NCBI GenBank assembly: GCA_951406725.2
Contig: OX597815.1
Span: 128,650,001 to 128,714,000, forward strand
Reading direction: 5' to 3'
DNA from: Octopus vulgaris
Lineage: Eukaryota
DNA length: 64,000 nt
Shown: positions 36,916 through 49,639 of the stretch, one piece after another
Layout of the letters: each line of letters opens with the position of its first letter
How positions within the stretch are numbered: position 1 is the stretch's first letter
Position numbers and translations under genes: made by a program
Notes under the pieces: model-generated
Told to the model about the DNA's origin: nothing
The model's database searches: none
The model's input: the letters and a program-made list of their open reading frames with translations, nothing else

Positions 36916-39358
36916 TCAATATTTATTATTATTATTATTGTTATTATTATGATTGTGGTGGTGGTGGGCTAGTAGAATCGTTATCACATTGGACAAAATG
37001 CTTAATGATATTTTTTCCAGCTTTACATTCTAAGTTCAAGTTTTGTCCAGGTTGACTTTGCCTTTCATCCTTTTAGTGTTATTAAAATAAGTACCAGTCC
37101 AGCATTGGAGTCGATATAATTGACTTCCCCATCTCCTCAGAAACAGGTAGCTCTGTGCCAAATTTGAAACCGATTTTTATTCAAATTTCAGTATTGAGAA
37201 ATCAACATTATTGACATCTAAAATTTCTGTTTGAAATTTTCTAAAATTATATATTTCGGAGTTGTGTCACTTGTGACTTGATCTGAGACCACATGTTGAA
37301 ACTAAAGCAACCACAGCTATTTGATCAGACACAAGGCTGTTAAATTCACTTAAAATTTAAATTTATTTCATGAAGTGTCAAAATTTCTGTTGGACAGCTT
37401 GAACCTAGTATCGACACAGTTCCAGATGTTGCAGTGAAGTTGTGTGTCAGTGGCTAGGTCACAGATGGACAATGAATATTACACTAATTCAAGGCACAAA
37501 ACTTGAATTTAACAGCTTTGTATGTTTATTACATGGCTATTCCATGACAAAGTTGCTTACGCTATACACCTGTCCTTATAATTTTGCAGGATTTGTTCTT
37601 TTGTATTTTATATATAGTCTGGTTCAAATCCTGGATAGGTCAATTTTTGACACTTAGCCAAATCCAACAAAATAATATACTGGAATATAGAACAAGTAAT
37701 AAAGTTATAGTAAAGCATGGTACTGGAGTCAGTTTAATCCACTGTCTAAACCCCCATTGCTCTTTTTCTTTTTTTTTTTTACTTGCAAATGTCGACTTTG
37801 TGCTTAGTCAAAATAAATCAATATTTTAGTATTGTGTATAAAAGAAAAAAAAATGAGATAAAAAACATGGAAGAAAGAAAGAAGCTGTTGAAACCAAACA
37901 AAAAAAAAAAAAGAATGATAATAATTACAGCGATAATAATGTAAAGTCATGTCAGTGCTTCAGGAGATTTTTAACCAGTGTCTGTTAAAATCATGCTGAA
38001 GTACTACTGTGCTTAAGTAAATTGAATCTTCAACTCGTTTCTATTATATTCTCAAGCAACAGCTGTTGGAGTCATTTGCATACTGCAAATGGTTTAGTTC
38101 TGATATAGCTTAGCATTTCATTTTAGACTAAACTGGCTTTTATTTTTTCTTTTATTTTTCTCTGCTCCCTCCCCCTCACCTTTTCTCAAAATAAGTTAAC
38201 CATCCACCTACAGGTATCTTCCTCTTAGACATTCTCAGACCCACATTCTATTGAAGTTGAAATTGAATCTGTTAAAAACAACAAAGCACTTAACACTCTC
38301 TTGAACAATACACTGGAATTGCAGACATTAGTTGCTATTCAAGAGGTATTTATACTTTTCTGTAAGACATTCCACTTGTTGTTGATGGTGGTGGTTGTTA
38401 ATTACTCTATTATTCCATTGTTATTGTATGAAGAAGAACTGATCAGAGAATATATCTGATATTTTATTGTGAAGCAATGAATTGACTGGAAAATTAGAGC
38501 TTTTGGCTAAATAAAATACCTTACAGCATATTAGTCCATCTGAAGTGAAATCACACCTAGATAAAATACAAAAAACCATCAGTATCCTACCCTCCTGAGG
38601 AAATTGGCCTGATTGCCTCATCAAGAGGAACACATAAGCTATTATATTGCAGTGACAATGTGGGTGAAGCAACAGGCAAGCCTATATCAAACTTGAAACA
38701 GATATCTTTCAGTTCCTGCTAGAGGGAAGCTGCTTCACTTCAGTTACATTTACTGATGAATGTCCTTAGGAAAGACATCAACTTCAAAAAATATCCTACT
38801 TACTTTATATAACACATTTGTATCTACTAAAAACATTATACTGTATATAAAGTTCCATGAATAAGAGGAGATAAAACAAAATTTTTCCTTTTTTTTTATT
38901 ATCTGAACAGTGTCTCCTCCACCCTACAGCCTCAATACAGAGACCAACCTTTTTTCAAATGCCATATGACTTGCTGTGGGTATATGATGGCTAAAATTTC
39001 TCTAAATGTTTGGTTTGCTATGATGGTATTTGCTGCAGAATTTCTTCTTGTGACATCTCCATCATAGGCAGAGGTGTAACATTTTTGTTTAAGAATTGAG
39101 TTAAATTCTGAGAATGTATTCTTACTGATTAATGTGAGTAAAAAGTGTGATGGAAAGGACAAAAAAAAAATTAATAATAAATAAATGAATAAGAAAACCT
39201 TAGTTGTTATCAAAAGGCATTTTTGAATTTCTATTTCCTCTATAATCAAGATAAAACTAAACTTTTGATTAATGACAGAGAAGTCTATCCGTGTGAAAAA
39301 TTATCGTATGAAAATTGAAACAGGAAAAAAAATTGGTTTTAATTATTGCAAGCGAATG

Positions 39359-39397
<39 letters not shown>

Positions 39398-39569
39398 ATT
39401 ATTGCCGTAATCATCAAATGTATCATTAACTTCTTTATCATCACTTTTTCAACACATAATTATTTTCACTTTTCCCTGAACTTCAGCCATCAAGGTAGTG
39501 GGATAACACCTAACACCTTCATTTAGCACTTTCAGCCATGGCTGTCCTCTCTTAATTATACCAAAGCCA

Positions 39570-39850
39570 CACACCAAAAATGAATTCAGGGCATTTTTCC
39601 AATGCTCTAAAAATTCTGCCAGCTTGCCGCTTTTCATAATGGCTTTTGATCTGGGCACAAGGCTATAAGTCTTGGTGGGAGGTGGGTTAATCAGTATCAG
39701 TAGCCAGCCCCCAGTACTTGACTGATATTTCATTTTATCAACTCTGAATAGATGAAAAGGAAAGTTGATCTTGGCAAGATTTGAACTCAGAATGTAATGG
39801 AAGAAGTACTGCAAAGCATTTTTTCCAATACTAGCACTTCAGCCAATTCA
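39570..39850 (-). mobile_element. Family-B SINE plus a truncated copy
   Basis: Family-B core on the minus strand. Confidence 0.8.
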
Positions 39851-39884
39851 CTTTGTTGTTATTATTATTATTATTATTATTATG

Positions 39885-40092
39885 ATGGCGGCAAGCTGGC
39901 AGAATCGTTAGCATGCGGGATGAAATGCTTAGTGGTATTTTACTCACTGCTACATTCTGAGTTCAAATTCCACTGAGGTCAACTTTGCCTTTCATCCTTT
40001 CAAGGTCGATAAATTGTGTACCAGTGAAACACTGGGGTCGATGTAATCAACTACCCCCTCCCCAAATTTCAGGCCTTGTGCCTATAATAGAA

Positions 40093-40142
<50 letters not shown>

Positions 40143-40510
40143 GACAGCAAGCTGGAGAATCGTTAGCACACCTGGAAAAATACTTAGCGGTATTTTGCCC
40201 ATCTTTACGTTCTAGGTTCAAATTCTGCTGAGGTCAGCTTTGCCTTTCATCATTTCAGGGTTGATAAATTTAGTACCAGTGAAACACTGGAGTCAATGTA
40301 ATCGTCTTATCTCCTCCCCTAAAATGGCTGCCCTTGTGACAAAATTTAAAACCATTATTATTATTGTCAAATTCCTCTGAGGTCGACTTTGCCTTTCTTT
40401 CTTTTGGGGTCAAGGAAATAAGTACCGGTTGAGTATTCAGGTAGATGCAATCGACTTAAGCCCTCTCCAAAAATTTCAGGTCTTGTGCCTTTAGTAGAAA
40501 GGTTTATAAT
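39885..40510 (+). mobile_element. Tandem array of 3 family-B SINEs
   Basis: Units at about 39885, 40142 and 40367 (the third is 5'-truncated), linked by (ATT)n. Confidence 0.9.
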
Positions 40511-40514
40511 TATT

Positions 40515-41025
40515 AATCATCATCATCATTGTTTAACGTCCGTTTTCCATGCTAGCATGGGTTGGACAGTTCAACTGGGGCCTGGGAAGCCAGGAGGCTG
40601 CACCTGGCTCCAGTCTGATCTGGCAGTGTTTCTACTGCTGGATGCCCTTTCTAATGCTAACCACTCTGTGAGTGTAGTGGGTGCTTTTTATGTGCCACCA
40701 GCACAGGGGCCTGAGGAGGCTGGAAACGTCCACGATCAATTGGTGCTTTTTACGTGCCACTGGCATGGATGCCGATCAATCGTTAACACACCAAGCAAAA
40801 TGCCTATGGCATTTTGTCTGTTTTTACATTCTGGGTTCAAATTTCACTGAAGTCGACTTTGCCGTTCATTCTTTTGTAGTTGATATTGTGGTTCGTTCTT
40901 TTGTAACGGCTCTGCCAGCGGCACGGGTATCACAACTACAATTTCCATTTGATTTTTATTTGATGTTGATGTACTTGACTCAATAGGTCTCCTCAAGCAC
41001 AGCAGGTCGCCCTATGATCCAAGGT
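40515..41025 (-). mobile_element. RTE-tail element interrupted by a templated insertion (40778-40920)
   Basis: Reverse complement of the 1500-1720 tail; RTE 3' UTR-like sequence appears to resume at ~40920. Confidence 0.8.
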
Positions 41026-41041
41026 GAGCACAATAATAATA

Positions 41042-42632
41042 ATCCTTTCTAATAAAGGCACAAGGCCTGAAATATTGGTGGAGGGGTCTGGTCAATTACA
41101 TTGACCCCAAGAGGATGAAAGGCAAAGTCAATCTCGGCGGAATTTGTACTCAGAACATAAAGATGGACAAAATGCTGCTAAACATTTTGCCAAGCATGCT
41201 AACAATTCTGCCAGCTCATTTCATTGATAATGATTATAATAATAACGGTTTCAAATGTTGCCATAAGGGCAGCAATTTTGGTGGAGGGGATGAATTGATT
41301 ACATCAAAGCCAGTGTTCAACTGGTACCCTGAAAGGATGAAAGGCAAAGTCAACCTCAACAGAACTTGTACTTGGAACAGAGCAACGGGTGAAATACTAC
41401 TAAGCATTTCGTCCAGCATACAAATGATTCAACCAGCTTGCCACCTAATAATAATCATAATAATAATAATAATATAATAGCCAAAATTTCTCTAATCCTT
41501 TCTACTATAGGCATGAGACCTGATATTTTGAGGGAGGGGGCAAGTCGATTACATCGACCCTAGTGTTCAAATGGTACTTATTTTATCAACCTTGAAAGGA
41601 TGAAAGGTAAAGTCAACCTTGGTAGAATTTGAACTCAGAATGTTGCGACAGGTAAAATATCACTAAGTATTTTGTCCAGTGTGCTACTAATTCTGCTAGT
41701 TCACTGTCTGAATAATAATAATAAAAATAATAATTATTCTAATTTTAACACTAGGCCAACAATTTTGAGGTGGGGATGGAATCAATTATATTGATCCATT
41801 ATCTGACTGGTACTTTTATTTAATCACTCCTGAAGGAATGAAAGCCTTAGTTAACTTCAGCAAGATTTGAAATCAAATTAGAATGTAAAAAGGCAGAACA
41901 AATATGCAAAGCATTTTGTCAGACATCCTAAGATTCTGCCAGCTTGTTGCCTTAATAACAACAACAGCAACAATGATACAATAACAATAATGATAATTCT
42001 TTCTACTATAGACACAAGGCCTGGAATTTGATTACATTGACCACAGTACTTATTACTTATTTTATCTGCACCGAAAGAATGAAAGGAAAAGTTGACCTCA
42101 GTGAAATTTGAACACAGAACATATTGAGCTGAAAGAAATGCTGCTAAGCATTTTGTCTGGCACAGTAACGGCTCTGCCAGCTCGCTGCCTTAATAATAAT
42201 AATAATAATAATAATAATGGTTTCAAATTTTGGCCAGCAGGTTTGGGGGAGAGACTAACTCAGTTAAATTGAACACAGTGCACAACAGGTACTTTTTTTA
42301 TCAACCACAAAAGAATGAACGGCAAAGTCGACTTCAGTGGAATTTGAACCCAGAATGTAAAAACAGACAAAATGCCACTAGGCATTTTGCTTGGTGTGTT
42401 AACGATTCTGCCAGCTCAAAACAACAGTAATAATAATAATGGTTTCAAATTTTGGCCCAAGGCCAGCAATTTCAGAGAAGGGGCTAAGTCAATTACATTG
42501 TCCTCAGAGTCCAACTGGTACTTATTTTATTGACCCCAAAGGATAAAAGCAAAGTCAAGCGTGACAGAATTTGAACCCAAGCATTTTGTTTGGTATGTTA
42601 GTGCTTCTGCCAGCTCATAATAATAATAATAA
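41042..42632 (-). mobile_element. Tandem array of 7 family-B SINEs
   Basis: Tails at 41042, 41247, 41495, 41737, 41997, 42219 and 42441, linked by (AAT)n. Confidence 0.92.
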
Positions 42633-42950
42633 GTTATGTGGCTGTCTACAAAATACCCTCAGGTCTGAATTTCAAAGATTGTCCAAATACTTATCACAAT
42701 TCATGACCCCCCACCCCTCCACCCCAATAGTCTTTGTTTGAATAGCTTCAATGAGACTATGTAGGTGTCTCTTCACTGATGTGTGTGTGTATGTGTCTGT
42801 ACCTATTATATTCATAGCAATAACAGAAGTCTCTAATTAAGGAAAGAAATCTAAAAAAAAAAAAACCCACTCTATATTCATGTTTACTATTTATAAACAC
42901 TACAAACAAAAAACAAACTGTTAGAACCATTTTATATATATACATACATA

Positions 42951-43008
<58 letters not shown>

Positions 43009-43571
43009 ACACTTGTACTTGTCTGTGTTTGTACAATAATTATAATAGACCTATAAATAGTGTTTTTTTATGTTACTTTTTTAGTGATATATATATTTAT
43101 GATTTTGGTGTTGTTTTTCCATTGACTTGATGTTATTATTTTTTAAAAACTTTGTTTATATGTTTATTTGTTTACGCTTCTTCTCAAACAGTGCGGACAT
43201 CTCTTTACTTAATGTCTGTTCTGTATCGTATTCATTTTATACAAATACATTAATAGTTAAGTGCTAGAATTATTGATATTTCTCTTCCTTCCACCTTCCT
43301 TTTGATAGATGCCATCAATAATGTAGATATTGTAAAAATTCTACTTTTATTTGTCTAGACAATCTTGTTAGGTTTCACAAAGTAGTGCTATCAATGAATA
43401 ATATATGTATGTGTATACAAGTGTGTATATGTGTGTGTGCACTTATATATTTAAATCTGTGTTTATATGTGTGTGTATATGTACCTATGTAGATCTGGGT
43501 ATGTATATTTGTGTGCTTAAGCTTATATATTTTTGTGTTGCTTGAGCATATATGTTTGTGCATGTGTGAGC

Positions 43572-43610
<39 letters not shown>

Positions 43611-43803
43611 TGTGTGTGTATGTTAGTGTGTGTGTGTATGTAAAATTCTTTGACAGTTTTTAGATTATTTGCTTTAAAGTGGTTTTACTAGAAAACTGTC
43701 TGATAAGTAATTGCCTGACTTCAGTTTCAATCCTGACATCTGTAGTCTTTTCATTTAAATCTCTGCTTGTCTTTCTGTCTGTTTGTATTCCCTCTCCCTC
43801 CCT

Positions 43804-43841
<38 letters not shown>

Positions 43842-44150
43842 TATGCAGACATCCTCATATTAATGTATTAAAAGCTGAAACTTCTCTATGTCGCCTCTGA
43901 CTTTCACATTTGCTTTTTCTATTGAGTACTCTCTTTCCCTTTTGTTTATATGCTCAGTTTTATACCAGCTACTACATAGCCCTTGGGTGCTTTTAATCAA
44001 ATCCACTTTGTTGCAAGCATATGATCCTCGTCTCTGATTTGAGGATACCGTCATCCCTCCTTCCTTCCTATAAGTCTCAGAGATACTACAAAAAATTATG
44101 GGTCCTACCCTTTTCTTCTGAGCAAAAGATATATAAAAAAAAAGAACCTC

Positions 44151-44195
<45 letters not shown>

Positions 44196-44661
44196 AAGAT
44201 TTATGTCTGCAAATATGATTGATTCAAATCTATTTTCATTGTCAGTTGATTGATAATGTTTAACAAACTCTGAGAATTAAGTTCAACCAGGTCCAGCCAG
44301 TTCCTCAACAGATAAAAAAAATTGATGTTAAAATGATATGAAAGGAAATAGATGTTTGTGTGTGATGCTAAAATATATATAGATGGTTAGGTTAAGATAG
44401 ATGATCATATATGTTGTCTTCTCTTCATATTCTATTATCTTTTGGAAACATGATAAATGTTTGTACAACAAATAATTATAAGCTATAGGCTGAAGGAAGC
44501 TGTTCCAAGTTCAGTTTTGTATTGAGATTAATTCTCATCACTTACACAACTAATGCCCATGAGAAAAGCTTGAACATTCTTCAGTCAAGTTTTTTTTCAA
44601 AAAAGGCTGCTGACATGACCAAATATGCACAGAATTATGGTGATGATGATGATAATAATAA

Positions 44662-45840
44662 TACCTACCTACCTAGAAGTAATGAGAGAAGAAGAATGAT
44701 GTAGGTAGAATTGTACTATAAGACCTCCACATTAGCAATGAACAGGTACTTACCTTGTACAGAGGACTAAATGCTGTGGCTTGTGTGCAAACACGAAAAC
44801 AGTGAAAATTACATTCTATTGTCAAGGAAGCTCGCAAATTCACAAGGGAACTTGGCATTAACCTCAAAATAGATGAAGAACCTGGAACCACTGCTACAAA
44901 ACAAACAAAATGGATCAAGCAGACTGCAAAAAAGAACAGGCAGAACAAATTGAGGAGCAGTGGAGCCAGAAGCTTCAGCATGGACAGTATATACTCTCAA
45001 GTCAAAGTGCTGATGTAGCCCAAGCAACAACACATCAGTGACTGAGAGGTTCAGGACTGAAAGCAGACACTAAAGGTTTCATATTGGCAGCACAAGATCA
45101 AAGCTTGCTTGCAAAAAAACTGCCAAGCTAGCATTCTTCAAAACAGTTCTGATCCTAAATGCAGATTCTGCAATACATTTGATGAAACAATTGACCATCT
45201 TGTCTCAGGATGTCCTGTGCTGACACCAAATGAATACAAAAGTCGCCATGATAGGGTAGGACAGCATTTACATTGGAAAATATGTAAACAGTACAAAATC
45301 AGCAATCCTCTGGTATTCTCCAGTCAATACTGACAGAATGATCTGGGTTAATCAACCAGACATAATTATTAAAGACAAGGAAGAAAATACTTGTAGACTA
45401 ATAGATACTCCCACTGATAAAAAGGAATTTGTAAAGGAATCTGTAAAGGAATTTGACAAACTAAGTAAATATAAGGACCTTGAAATTGAAATACAAAAGA
45501 TGTGGCATGTCAAAGCAAGAACTGTTCCTGTTATTTTCGGTGCCCTAGGTATGATAAAAAAAAAAAAAAGAGATGTCAGAACTATATAGATAAGATCCCA
45601 GGAAAACCAGGTCTCAGAGAAATTCAAAAGATTGTGCTGACACGTACTACCCACATCCTTAGAAAAACCCTATCCATTTAAATGTCTGTGTTGTATTACA
45701 TGAATATATTTTGCTACTGCCACTCCTTTCCCCACAAGCTTTCAGTCACACTGTAACATCTCTTATCCTTCACTCACTCCAAGACACTGGGTGTGTCCTA
45801 GCAAGTGATTGCAACAAACATGCAGATTTAAAAGTAAATA
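44662..45840 (+). mobile_element. 5'-truncated, decayed R4/Dong-clade non-LTR retrotransposon (zinc knuckle plus restriction-like endonuclease)
   Basis: Across frameshifts and stops: YLPRS..., LQHGQY, GLKADTKGFILAAQDQSL, CRFCNTFDETIDHLVSGC (CCHC), YKSRHDRV, NQPDIIIKDK..CRLID..KEFDKLSKYKDL..VPVIFGALG, ILRKTLSI* (stop ~45681). (TAA)n lies on both sides. Confidence 0.9.
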
Positions 45841-45855
45841 ATAGTAATTATAACA

Positions 45856-46062
45856 GTCCTTTCTATTGGAGGCACAAGGCTTCAAATTTGTGAGGAAGGC
45901 ACTAGTCGATTACAGTGACCCCAGTGTTTCACTGGTACTTAATTTATCAACCCCCGAAAGGATGAAAAGCAAAGTTGACCTTGGTGGAATTTGAACTCAG
46001 AACATAGCAGCAGACAAAATGCCACTTAACATTTCATCCAGCATGCTAATGATTCTGCCACT
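45856..46062 (-). mobile_element. Family-B SINE whose tail abuts the Dong-like element
   Basis: Full family-B sequence. Confidence 0.9.
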
Positions 46063-46071
46063 TTAATAATG

Positions 46072-46235
46072 TTTGTTCCTTCTCGAGCCATGCCTGGCTC
46101 ATAGGGCCAGTTTCCTTGGCGTATAGGTTCCCCACCTGGATGGCCCATCGCAGGTGAGCTGCTAGATGCAGGAGGAAAGAGTGAGAGAAAGTTGTGGCGA
46201 AAGAGTCAGCAGAAGTTTGCCGTTACCTTCTGCCA
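46072..46235 (-). mobile_element. 3' part of a SINE with a V-domain-like motif
   Basis: ccccacctggatggcccatcgcagg is the reverse complement of a deleted cctgcgatggactggc..ccagg-type motif, as recalled from V-SINEs. Confidence 0.5.
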
Positions 46236-47378
46236 GTTGTAACTATCCTGATTTGTGTTTTCATGCTGTTCAGGACTTCATTCTTGTTTGTTTGTTTTTT
46301 AGGTTTTTGGTTTTTCTTTTGCTTTTTTTTTATAACCTCCTGGGTTTGGGCAGTGGCCATGCCTTTCACAAATCATCTTAGATAGGTGAAACCGATACCG
46401 TTAATGTTTCTCTTGGACCTTTGCAGGTCAACACCTAAACAAAAGATGTGGGTGAACAGGGACAGAACTCCAGGGGGATTGTCTTCTGAGAAGGAAGGAC
46501 TGGGCTTAAGGTTTAGTGCAACAAAGCTTATGAATGGATAGGAAAGTGGGTTATAAATGCCAGAGTGCGTGTGATTAAAGAAAAGTTTGGTTGCTATTTC
46601 AATTTGAGTGCTTATGTAATGGCTCCCTTGTGAAGTACCAGAATTGATTCAGTTGGCCAGATTATTCATTAAATATTACTGCTTTGTTTCAGTCTCAAAA
46701 ATCAGTGTTGTCTGAAAGCTGTTAATTAATTTCATAATAAATCCATTAGTTGCACTATTTTCATATTTAGTTAGAAAATTATTGCTGAATTTTAGAAGTC
46801 TTATCCTGGAATGTTAAGCTTCTTCTAAAGTGTTGATAACACTATTATCAAGAAACAATGTATATGTAGCAGTCACCTTTATTGGCATCAGAGTTTTCTA
46901 CATTCATCATCATCATTAATGCCATCAACATCATTTTTATGTCAGCATTCCAGGTTGGATGTTTTGATAGGATCCAATGGGTTGGAGGCTCCTGTCTTAC
47001 TCCAGTGTTTCAGAAGTTTTGGCATGGTTTCTAAGGTTGGATGCTCTTCCTAACATCAAACAGGATGCCCTTTGTCTGCTCTTTACCATGCTAGGTGAGA
47101 TTTATTGAAGTAGTTTTCCTGCAATTTGATGTTCTCCCTGCTGCCAATCCTCATTTGTTTCCAAGTAAGGTGCTATTTCCCCTGATTTTTCGAATGACAA
47201 ACCATCCAGCAACCAGACATCTTTTTTTAGCAAGTGTAAGCAATGACGCTATTTATAAGGTGATATTGATACAGTATACAAACAACGTTGAGACAATAAG
47301 TCTCTCCCCACTAAAGTAGAAATACAATTGTATTTCTACTTTTCAACCCTTTGCGCTCACTGCTTTCTCTGTTATAAA

Positions 47379-48032
47379 GGGGCTCTTCAGTCTTGTGTGT
47401 TACTAGGCAACCTAATATGTGCTGATACCACAAAAATCCATCCAGTACAATCTGAAAATTGGTTCGTGTTAGGAAGGGCACCCTGCCATAGAAATTATAC
47501 CAAAACTATGACACTGGAGAAAGATGTGGTCCTCTAACTCATTGGATCTTGTCAAAATATCCAACCCCTGCTAGCATGGAAAGCAGATGCAAAGTGATGA
47601 TAATACACACACACACACACATGCATGCTCACCTGTTCATTGCTTGGTTGCCACACTGTTTCTGTCTATCAAAATTTATTCACAAGACATTGAGCAACCT
47701 GAAGTTTTTGTTGAAGACACTCAAGGTACTGTATAGTGAGACTGGATGCAAACACCATATGGTTTTGAAGTAAACTTTTGAATTACACAGCCTTGCCTGA
47801 AAACAATATATTAAACCTGTAGTTTCTATTATGAAATGTTTCTTTCTACTACAAGGTCTGAAATTTGGGGGATGGGTATAGTCAATTTCATCAACTCCAG
47901 CACTCAACTAGTACTTAATGGATGAAAGGCAAAGTCGACCTCAGCAGAATTTGAACTCAGAGCCTAAAGCCAGAACTACCACCTTTAAGCATTCTTGCCT
48001 GGAGTGCTAATAATTCTGCCCGCTCACTGCTT
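47379..48032. mobile_element. Cluster: RTE-tail element (+), family-A head (-), family-B SINE (-)
   Basis: Matches to the respective families. Confidence 0.75.
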
Positions 48033-49639
48033 TCTCTGTTATAAAATATTTCAATGATTATGCAGTTAAGCCACTTCCTTTTTTCATTCAGAAATATACT
48101 TGACCATTTTAAATCATGATCCATGTTGTAGAGTTTATTTTCATTTATCTCGTTTCTTTGTTAGCATTTCTGTTAGTTTTGAGTTTCACATCATGGACTT
48201 CGAGCAGTATTCTTCCAACATTTAACTTCAGAATCTCTGCACCAAGTAAAATTGTTAATATACTTGCATATCCCAATGGATTTTCACTCTTTATAGCTTT
48301 TCTAACTACTCATTTACAAGAGGAATTTCTCTATTCTTAAAGGTCATTTAGTGGAGTGACAGCTTTCATGAAGATATTTTCTTTTCTGAAAAATGATTCA
48401 TCAAATATATTATGGCATTTCAATTGAAAGGATTATCATTATTATTATTATTGTTGTTGTTGTATTCTTAAAAATCACAAATTGCCGCTGTGGCACTGTG
48501 GTATTGGATATTCTATAATTGTCTTATATTGTTATGATAATTACTGACAGCAGAATTATGTGAGAGTGCAACAGTCCTGCACACGTGTGTACTGACCTGT
48601 AGTAAGACAAGCTCACTATTTATTATAAAAGGTGGATAGAAATGACTTTTTTAATTGACAACTTGTTGATTGTGAAATAATGTCGATGTCAGATATTGAC
48701 TTCTTGAAATTACAAATTACCTCACCATTAAACAAACTTCAGCTTTGTATTCAAAAACCTTTAGAATAAAATAAAATCCTACATATAAACTGTTTTATAT
48801 CTCCGTCATAAATATGATTTTAGATCTGATGACGGTAATAATAATGGTGATGCTGAGGGTTTCTAATTTAGGCACAAGGTCAGTAAATTTGGGGGCGGAG
48901 TTTAGTTGAAAACATCAACTCCAGTACTTTATCACTTACAGCAAGAAACCTGTTCTGGCCCATTTTCTCTCACTTTGATTTTTTATCTCATTGCATAAAG
49001 CCACTTTCCTCTCCACTTTAGCTCGTCTCAGCTGAAGGAGATCTTAATTTTGCAGGTTGCACGGCAACCTCATGGCTATGCCTTGCAAAAAAAGAGTATC
49101 CAGTACACACTGTGAAGTTGTTGGTGCCAAGAAGGGCAGCCAGCTGTAGAAACCATGTCAAAGTAGACATTGGAGTGCAATACAGTTTTCAAACCCTTTG
49201 AATCTTATTAAACCATCAAACATGCTTGCATGGAACATTGATGTTAAATGATGATGACCCTGCATGGATGAAAGGAAAAGCAAAGAAATACCACAAGGTA
49301 TTTTTTGTGCTCATCCACCATCCTATAATTTTAATAAGAATAATTGTTTTAAATTTGGGCTCAAGGCAGCACTTTTAGTGAGAGTGGTTTATTCGATTAC
49401 ACCAAAACCCAGTGCTTGACTGGTACTTTGATTTATTGACCTTCCAAGAATGAAAAGCAAAATTTGCCTCCCTTCCTTTCACGGTCAATAAATTAAGAAC
49501 CAGTTGCACTGGGGTTCATATAATCATCTTCTTTCCCTCAAAATTGTATTAAGACAAGAAAAAATTGCTTTTGTTGTTGATGTGTGAGTGAGCAGTGCAT
49601 GCTATCAGTGTGTCACTGGGGTAAAATATGATTATTATT

